A stretch of DNA of 64,000 nucleotides from Nautiliales bacterium (lineage in GTDB: Bacteria > Campylobacterota > Campylobacteria > Campylobacterales > JAADDX01). Positions 59,362 through 64,000 of this stretch are shown here, piece by piece. The position numbers were made by a program, and so were the translations under genes. Position 1 is the first letter of the stretch. Every line of letters begins with the position of its first letter. The notes under the pieces are model-generated. The model searched no databases and had not been told where the DNA came from. It saw only the letters and a list, made by a program, of their open reading frames with translations. Location of the stretch: positions 2,162 to 66,161 of the forward strand of contig JAUUDM010000028.1 in NCBI GenBank assembly GCA_030826765.1. Direction: 5' to 3'.

Positions 59362-60172
59362 ACACATAGAAAATTATTTTTCGAAACATAAAATTCAATT
59401 TTTTATATTTAATACTATTTTAATAGTTTCTATTTTAAAAACTATTCAAGTTTTTATTTATCCAGAAACTCATTTTAGTGAAATTTTTACAAAAGATAAT
59501 ATGAGGTTTTTATTTTTTGGAAGACCTGGAGAAATAGGAGGATTAGCACTTACTTTTGTATTGGCAATAGTTTCTATATTTTTGAGCTTTTTTATAGGTT
59601 CTCTTTTAGGAATTATGAGATGGAGTTCTGTAAAAATCATAAAAATTCCAGCAGTATTATATATAGAAATTATTCGTTCAATTCCATTACTAATGGTTAT
59701 TTTTTGGGTGTTTTTTGCTATTCCAGTTTTTTCTATGATGTTTTTTCACACACAAGCTCATGTATCTCCAACAGTAGCAGCAATCATAGCTTTTACTATT
59801 TTTACAAGTGCTTATGTAGCTGAAATTATTAGATCTGGAATTAATTCTATACCAAAAGGACAATTTGAAGCAGCTAAATCTCTTGGAATGAATAGCAGAC
59901 AAATATTTACTTTAATCATTTTACCTCAAGCATATAGAAAAATGATTCCAGCACTTATTTCTCAATTTATTTCTCTATTTAAAGATACATCATTAGCATA
60001 TACAATTGGTGTTATAGAGTTTTTTAGAGCTGCAACTATTATAAATAATAGACTTTATTTAAGTTTTGAAATATTTAGTTTTGTAGCACTCGTATATTTT
60101 AGTATAGCTTTTAGTATGAGTAAATTCTCAGAACATTTAGAAAGAAAAGTTGAAAAACAACTTAATACATAA
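59354..60172 (+). CDS. amino acid ABC transporter permease
   Basis: It has an EAA loop (GQFEAAKSLGMNSRQIFTLIILPQA). It overlaps the previous permease gene by 8 nt. Confidence 0.85.
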   Translation: MFRHIENYFSKHKIQFFIFNTILIVSILKTIQVFIYPETHFSEIFTKDNMRFLFFGRPGEIGGLALTFVLAIVSIFLSFFIGSLLGIMRWSSVKIIKIPAVLYIEIIRSIPLLMVIFWVFFAIPVFSMMFFHTQAHVSPTVAAIIAFTIFTSAYVAEIIRSGINSIPKGQFEAAKSLGMNSRQIFTLIILPQAYRKMIPALISQFISLFKDTSLAYTIGVIEFFRAATIINNRLYLSFEIFSFVALVYFSIAFSMSKFSEHLERKVEKQLNT

Positions 60173-60181
60173 GGAACATTA

Positions 60182-60922
60182 ATGAAAAAAAATATTATAC
60201 AAATGAAAGATATAAATAAATGGTATGGAGAATATCATGCTTTAAGAAATGTAAATTTTAATGTAAAACAAGGTGAAGTTGTAGTTATTTGTGGACCAAG
60301 TGGTAGTGGCAAATCTACTCTTATTAGATGTATAAATAGACTTGAAGAGATAGATGAAGGTAAATTAATAGTAGATGATCAAGATTTATATGATAAAAAA
60401 ACAAATATAAATAAAGTTCGTCAAGAAGTTGGAATGGTATTTCAACATTTCAATCTTTTTCCACATTTAAGCATATTGGAAAATATCACAATAGCACCAG
60501 TTAAAGTTAAGAAAAAAAATAAACAAGAAGCTGAAGATTTGGCTATGAAACTTTTAGAAAGAGTCAAAATACCCCATCATGCTCACAAATATCCAAGCGA
60601 GATAAGTGGTGGTCAAAAACAAAGAGTTGCTATTGCAAGAACTTTGGCAATGGAACCTAAAATAATCTTATTTGATGAACCTACTTCTGCGCTTGACCCT
60701 GAAATGATTGGTGAAGTTTTAGATGTAATGAAAGAACTTGCAAAAGACAACTATACTATCGTTTGTGTAACTCACGAAATGGGGTTTGCAAGAGAAGTTG
60801 GAGATAGAATAGTATTTATGGATGCAGGAGAAATACTAGAAGAAGATACTCCAGAAGAATTCTTCAATAATCCAAAAACTGAGAGAGCACAAAAATTCTT
60901 AAGTGAAATTTTACACCATTAA
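60182..60922 (+). CDS. amino acid ABC transporter ATP-binding protein
   Basis: It has Walker [10 protein letters not shown], the signature [13 protein letters not shown], Walker [12 protein letters not shown] and an H-loop VTHEM. Confidence 0.95.
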   Translation: MKKNIIQMKDINKWYGEYHALRNVNFNVKQGEVVVICGPSGSGKSTLIRCINRLEEIDEGKLIVDDQDLYDKKTNINKVRQEVGMVFQHFNLFPHLSILENITIAPVKVKKKNKQEAEDLAMKLLERVKIPHHAHKYPSEISGGQKQRVAIARTLAMEPKIILFDEPTSALDPEMIGEVLDVMKELAKDNYTIVCVTHEMGFAREVGDRIVFMDAGEILEEDTPEEFFNNPKTERAQKFLSEILHH

Positions 60923-60925
60923 AAA

Positions 60926-60953
60926 CCAAAGAAATCTAATATGATCTCTTTGG
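60926..60953. terminator. hairpin between the convergent ABC ATPase gene and the cytochrome c remnant
   Basis: CCAAAGAAATC / GATCTCTTTGG pairs at 10 of 11 positions with a 6-nt loop. A T-run follows on the minus strand (TTTTTAATGG) and a weaker one on the plus strand. Confidence 0.4.
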
Positions 60954-60964
60954 CTAAAATTTTA

Positions 60965-61275
60965 TTATTTTATTTTGTGATCACCTCTAATTTTATCAAT
61001 ATCTAACCCCATATCTTTAAAATTACTTCTAATAAAATGTTTTTCTTCTAAAACTTTTGAATTATAATAACCCATTTGTTCTTTTGGAAGTAAACCTTTT
61101 GATAAATCAAAATCTGCTCTTTCTTGAGCATTAACATATAACATAACATCAGCAGCTTCTTGATCACTTAAACTACCTCCTTGACCAAAAGGCATATTTG
61201 ATTGAACCCAAGCTGCTCCCTTATTTAATTTACTCCTACAACACCTAAAATAGTACGACACTCACTAATTTTTTC
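60965..61275 (-). pseudogene. c-type cytochrome (TsdA/thiosulfate-dehydrogenase-like) remnant
   Basis: The C-terminal segment AAWVQSNMPFGQGGSLSDQEAADVMLYVNAQERADF looks like the end of a dihaem cytochrome c, but no CxxCH motif is left. Upstream, ATG at 61275 with an AAAGGA RBS encodes MKKLVSVVLF-stop in another frame, which looks like a signal-peptide start. Confidence 0.45.
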
Positions 61276-61295
61276 ATTATTTTTCCTTTTGAAAA

Positions 61296-61320
61296 ATATT
61301 ATACTTTTTAAGTATAATAT
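61296..61320. promoter_or_regulatory. perfect 11-bp inverted repeat overlapping a TATAAT upstream of the cytochrome remnant
   Basis: ATATTATACTT-TTT-AAGTATAATAT. On the minus strand the TATAAT lies about 25 nt upstream of the ATG at 61275. It is a possible operator/promoter. Confidence 0.25.
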
Positions 61321-61417
61321 AAAATCATAATTAAGTTAAAATAATTCTATAGATAAATAAATTTTTAAACATATCAAAAATTTTTACAAATATTTTTCAA
61401 ACACTCTCCAAAAACTC

Positions 61418-61447
61418 TTGACAAACTTTTATTGTTTTCTGTATAAT
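61418..61447 (+). promoter_or_regulatory. sigma-70-type promoter for tRNA-Gln
   Basis: TTGACA (61418-61423), an 18-nt spacer, then TATAAT (61442-61447). The tRNA starts 13 nt downstream. Confidence 0.5.
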
Positions 61448-61459
61448 TTCAAAACTTAA

Positions 61460-61534
61460 TGGGGTATCGCCAAGCGGTAAGGCACATGGTTTTGGTCCAT
61501 GCATTCGGAGGTTCGAATCCTTCTACCCCAGCCA
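61460..61534 (+). tRNA. tRNA-Gln (anticodon UUG)
   Basis: I folded the cloverleaf by hand. The acceptor stem is TGGGGTA/TACCCCA and the anticodon stem is CATGG/CCATG around the loop TTTTGGT (anticodon TTG). The T-arm is GGAGG-TTCGAAT-CCTTC, followed by discriminator G and an encoded CCA. Confidence 0.9.
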
Positions 61535-61535
61535 C

Positions 61536-62099
61536 TTAATTTTTTTTAATTTCCCTAAAAACATAAATAGTTGCTAAAATTATTACAAAGACTAAAAGTG
61601 CTATACTTACATAAACTACATCTTTATGATCTGCCTTTTGACCTAATACATAACCTATCAAAAGAATAGAATTTACCCAAATTAAATTAGCTGCAAAAGT
61701 TAAAGGTATAAAATATCTAAGTGGCATATGAGAAATTCCTGCAGGAAGTGAAATATATTGACCAAATCCAGGTGTCAAAGGCACTAAAAATACAGATATT
61801 TTTCCATGATTTTCAAAAAATTTAGTAACTTTTTTAATTATTGGTTTATCTTTATATTTTGTTACTAGATATTGAGCAAAATGATAATTAAACAAAGCAC
61901 CACTCAAACTCCCTAAACTTGCAAGTAACATAACTAAAAAATAACTTTTTTCTCCAGTGGAAGCTAAATATCCATTTGGAATTAATATAAGCTCACTTGG
62001 AACTGGAATAAAAGTTCCTACTAAAAACATATAAATATAAACTCCAACATAACCTATTTGATCAGTAAATCCAACTATAAAATTAATAATATTATCCAT
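61536..62099 (-). CDS. DedA family membrane protein
   Basis: It has the DedA/SNARE-associated pattern (FIPVPSELILIPNGYL, GSLSGALFNY, FENHGKISVFL..P, PAGIS). Its stop codon lies 1 nt from the tRNA-Gln 3' end. Confidence 0.85.
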   Translation of the reverse strand: MDNIINFIVGFTDQIGYVGVYIYMFLVGTFIPVPSELILIPNGYLASTGEKSYFLVMLLASLGSLSGALFNYHFAQYLVTKYKDKPIIKKVTKFFENHGKISVFLVPLTPGFGQYISLPAGISHMPLRYFIPLTFAANLIWVNSILLIGYVLGQKADHKDVVYVSIALLVFVIILATIYVFREIKKN

Positions 62100-62670
62100 T
62101 TTTCATCTTTATATAAATTATAATTGTTATAATAACAAGAATTATTGTAATAATTGTAATTTCTTTCAAATATTTATGAATTAATTCTTGATTAGCACCT
62201 AAAAAATAACCTAAAAAAGTTAAAACTAATATCCAAATTCCTGCACCAAGTGTCGTATAAATTGTAAATTTAATAGGATTCATTTTAGCAAGTCCAGCTG
62301 GAAAAGAGATATACTGTCTAATTCCAGGTATAAGTCTTCCTGTAAAAGTTGAAATATGTCCGTGATTTTCAAAAAACATTTCTAATTTATCTATTTTTTC
62401 ATTTGATAAAATTTTAGATAAAAACTTTCTTCCAAAACTACTTGCCAATAAATAATTAAACCAAGCTCCACTTAAACTACCCATAATTCCAAAAAACAAA
62501 ACTAAATATAAATTCATATCCCCTTTATAAGCCAAATATCCAGCAGGTATCATCACAACTTCACTTGGAAAAGGGAAAAAACTACTCTCTAAAAACATAA
62601 GTAAAAATATACCAATGTAACCAAAACTACCAATTGTGGAAACTAAATAATTAACTATTTCTTGTAACAT
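62092..62670 (-). CDS. DedA family membrane protein (tandem paralogue)
   Basis: It has the same motif set (FFPFPSEVVMIPAGYL, GSLSGAWFNY, FENHGHISTF, PAGLA). It overlaps the downstream dedA by 8 nt. Confidence 0.85.
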   Translation of the reverse strand: MLQEIVNYLVSTIGSFGYIGIFLLMFLESSFFPFPSEVVMIPAGYLAYKGDMNLYLVLFFGIMGSLSGAWFNYLLASSFGRKFLSKILSNEKIDKLEMFFENHGHISTFTGRLIPGIRQYISFPAGLAKMNPIKFTIYTTLGAGIWILVLTFLGYFLGANQELIHKYLKEITIITIILVIITIIIYIKMKNG

Positions 62671-63793
62671 AAAAATCCTTTGTAAAATTTATAATTAAAA
62701 CGACACAAATTCCTATAAAAGAAAATATAAAAGCCTTCTCTTCTGAATAAAATTGCCAAATATTCCCAATAACAATAGCTCCAAAAGAAGAAAAAATAGC
62801 AACTCCTGCATATAAAAATCCATAAACACTACTTTTATTAACAGCATTTTGTGAAATATAACTTCTAATTGCATTTAAACTTGAAACAATAAAGACTCCA
62901 AGTAAAATAAAACTAATAATTACAAATCCATAAAAAAGTGCAATAAGTGATAACAAAGCAAATATAAAACTAATATTTAAAATCTTTTTAGCCCCTATTT
63001 TATCGATTTTCAAACCTATAAAATAACTAAGTATTGTTTGAGTTAAATTAAGTAACACAACCAACAAAGGAATATAAGCTATACTAATCCCACTCTCTTT
63101 TGCTTTAATTATATAAAAATTATCATTCATCATAAAAAATATTATTCCAAAATAAGTGATAAGAATGGGCAGTAATTTATAATCATCTTTTAAATTAATT
63201 TCTATTTTTTCTTTTTTATCATAAGGTACATCATTTACAAAAAACAGTAAAACCAAAACAGCAATAACACCAGGAATTAAAGTTGCTAAAAAAATATTTT
63301 TAAAAACATACAACTCTTTTCCTAAATAAAAAAGAGCAAAAAAAGCTATCAAAGCCCCTACAACTTCTCCACCAATATCCATCATTTTATGAAAGCCAAA
63401 ATTTTTACCACTTTCATCTTTTGGTGCATAATAAGAAATCAAAGTATCTTTTGTAGCACTTCTAACTGCTTTTCCCATTCTCTCAAGTGCTCTTAAAGAA
63501 GCAACACTTTGCCAAGAATTAGCAAAATATAATAATGGCTTCGTAACAGCAGAAATAAAATATCCAATAACTAAAAATAATTTTACCTTTTGATATTTAT
63601 CACTCAAATATCCAAATACAAATCTAAAAGCATAAGAAACGAATGTTGCAATAGCAATAACATATCCTAATTTATCAACTCCATCGTTAAGAATATAAAC
63701 TATGTAAATTGGTAAAATTGTAGTTACCATAGCACTTGCCATATCTGTAAAAAAACTTACAAATCCCATAGCTATTATGTTTTTATTGATCAT
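62651..63793 (-). CDS. MFS transporter
   Basis: It has about 12 TM helices and the N-terminus MINKNIIAMGFVSFFTDMASAM. I chose the ATG at 63793, which forms TAATG with the dgkA stop and matches the start seen in the duplicated fragment at 53505-53507. Confidence 0.8.
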   Translation of the reverse strand: MINKNIIAMGFVSFFTDMASAMVTTILPIYIVYILNDGVDKLGYVIAIATFVSYAFRFVFGYLSDKYQKVKLFLVIGYFISAVTKPLLYFANSWQSVASLRALERMGKAVRSATKDTLISYYAPKDESGKNFGFHKMMDIGGEVVGALIAFFALFYLGKELYVFKNIFLATLIPGVIAVLVLLFFVNDVPYDKKEKIEINLKDDYKLLPILITYFGIIFFMMNDNFYIIKAKESGISIAYIPLLVVLLNLTQTILSYFIGLKIDKIGAKKILNISFIFALLSLIALFYGFVIISFILLGVFIVSSLNAIRSYISQNAVNKSSVYGFLYAGVAIFSSFGAIVIGNIWQFYSEEKAFIFSFIGICVVLIINFTKDFYVTRNS

Positions 63794-64000
63794 TAAAATC
63801 CTTTCAAATAAAATATAAATCCAAACCATACAAAGATTGGCACCAAAAGACTTAAAAAAACTCCAAATGCAGCAATATCTTTTGAATCTTTAGCTAACTT
63901 ATGAAAATCTTCACTTGCTAAATCTACTACTTTTTCAATAGCGGTATTAAAACTTTCAGCAATTAAAGGAACAAATAAACTTGCAAACATAAAAAGTTTT
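63793..64000 (-). CDS. dgkA: diacylglycerol (or undecaprenol) kinase DgkA, 3' part (5' end outside the window)
   Basis: AESFNTAIEKVVDL.....AKDSKDIAAFGVFLSLL matches the conserved E..N(S/T)AIE..VD and KD.(G/A)SAAV blocks of the prokaryotic DgkA family. The frame is open to the window edge. Confidence 0.75.
   Translation of the reverse strand, partial: KLFMFASLFVPLIAESFNTAIEKVVDLASEDFHKLAKDSKDIAAFGVFLSLLVPIFVWFGFIFYLKGF

Noticed and set aside
61460-61534. tRNA-Gln as an integration site for a genomic island, with the cytochrome remnant and the dedA operon as cargo.
   Set aside because: I found no direct repeat of the tRNA 3' end anywhere nearby, no integrase gene and no phage or ICE genes. 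The flanking genes look like ordinary chromosomal genes.
61536-62670. The tandem dedA genes as a recent duplication or assembly artefact.
   Set aside because: The two proteins share only the family motifs, at roughly 40 percent identity by eye, and differ throughout at the DNA level. They are old paralogues, not a recent repeat.

Overview
This is a very AT-rich, tightly packed bacterial chromosome segment. The protein sequences and several remembered gene orders point to Campylobacterota, most likely an Arcobacter/Aliarcobacter-type genome. Those orders are lysC-hyp-holB-folP, murF-hydrolase-hydrolase-ddl-ruvA-FapA divergent from murJ-cysS, PEB4-like PPIase-fba, and pheS-pheT-aroA-ispH-rpsA. 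The taxon call is an inference, because no search was possible. I support about 70 CDS, almost all housekeeping: aminoacyl-tRNA ligases, Mur enzymes, isoprenoid, folate, riboflavin and leucine genes, and an amino-acid ABC transporter. I also support one tRNA-Gln(UUG) and the RNase P RNA. I saw no rRNA, no CRISPR array and no prophage. The only clearly accessory stretch is 51.6-54.7 kb, between a diguanylate cyclase gene and ispG. It holds an intact IS982-family element, the C-terminal stump of an eptA/mcr-family phosphoethanolamine transferase, an IS3 left-end remnant nested in an IS256-type terminal repeat, a decayed IS256 copy and an orphan CX5R phosphatase gene. It also holds a ~143-bp diverged second copy of the dgkA-3'/MFS-5' junction, whose intact version lies 10 kb away at the head of a dgkA-MFS-dedA-dedA operon. 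Other points worth a second look are a CZB-(degenerate GGDEF)-EAL protein convergent with a Cache-PAS-GGDEF cyclase, a decayed cytochrome c gene next to tRNA-Gln, a lipoprotein/DUF4105-barrel gene pair, and lineage-typical domain oddities in MurF, FolP and RibBA. I did not find a convincing complete novel multi-gene system such as a defence island. The candidates below are hypotheses that need database and comparative checks.
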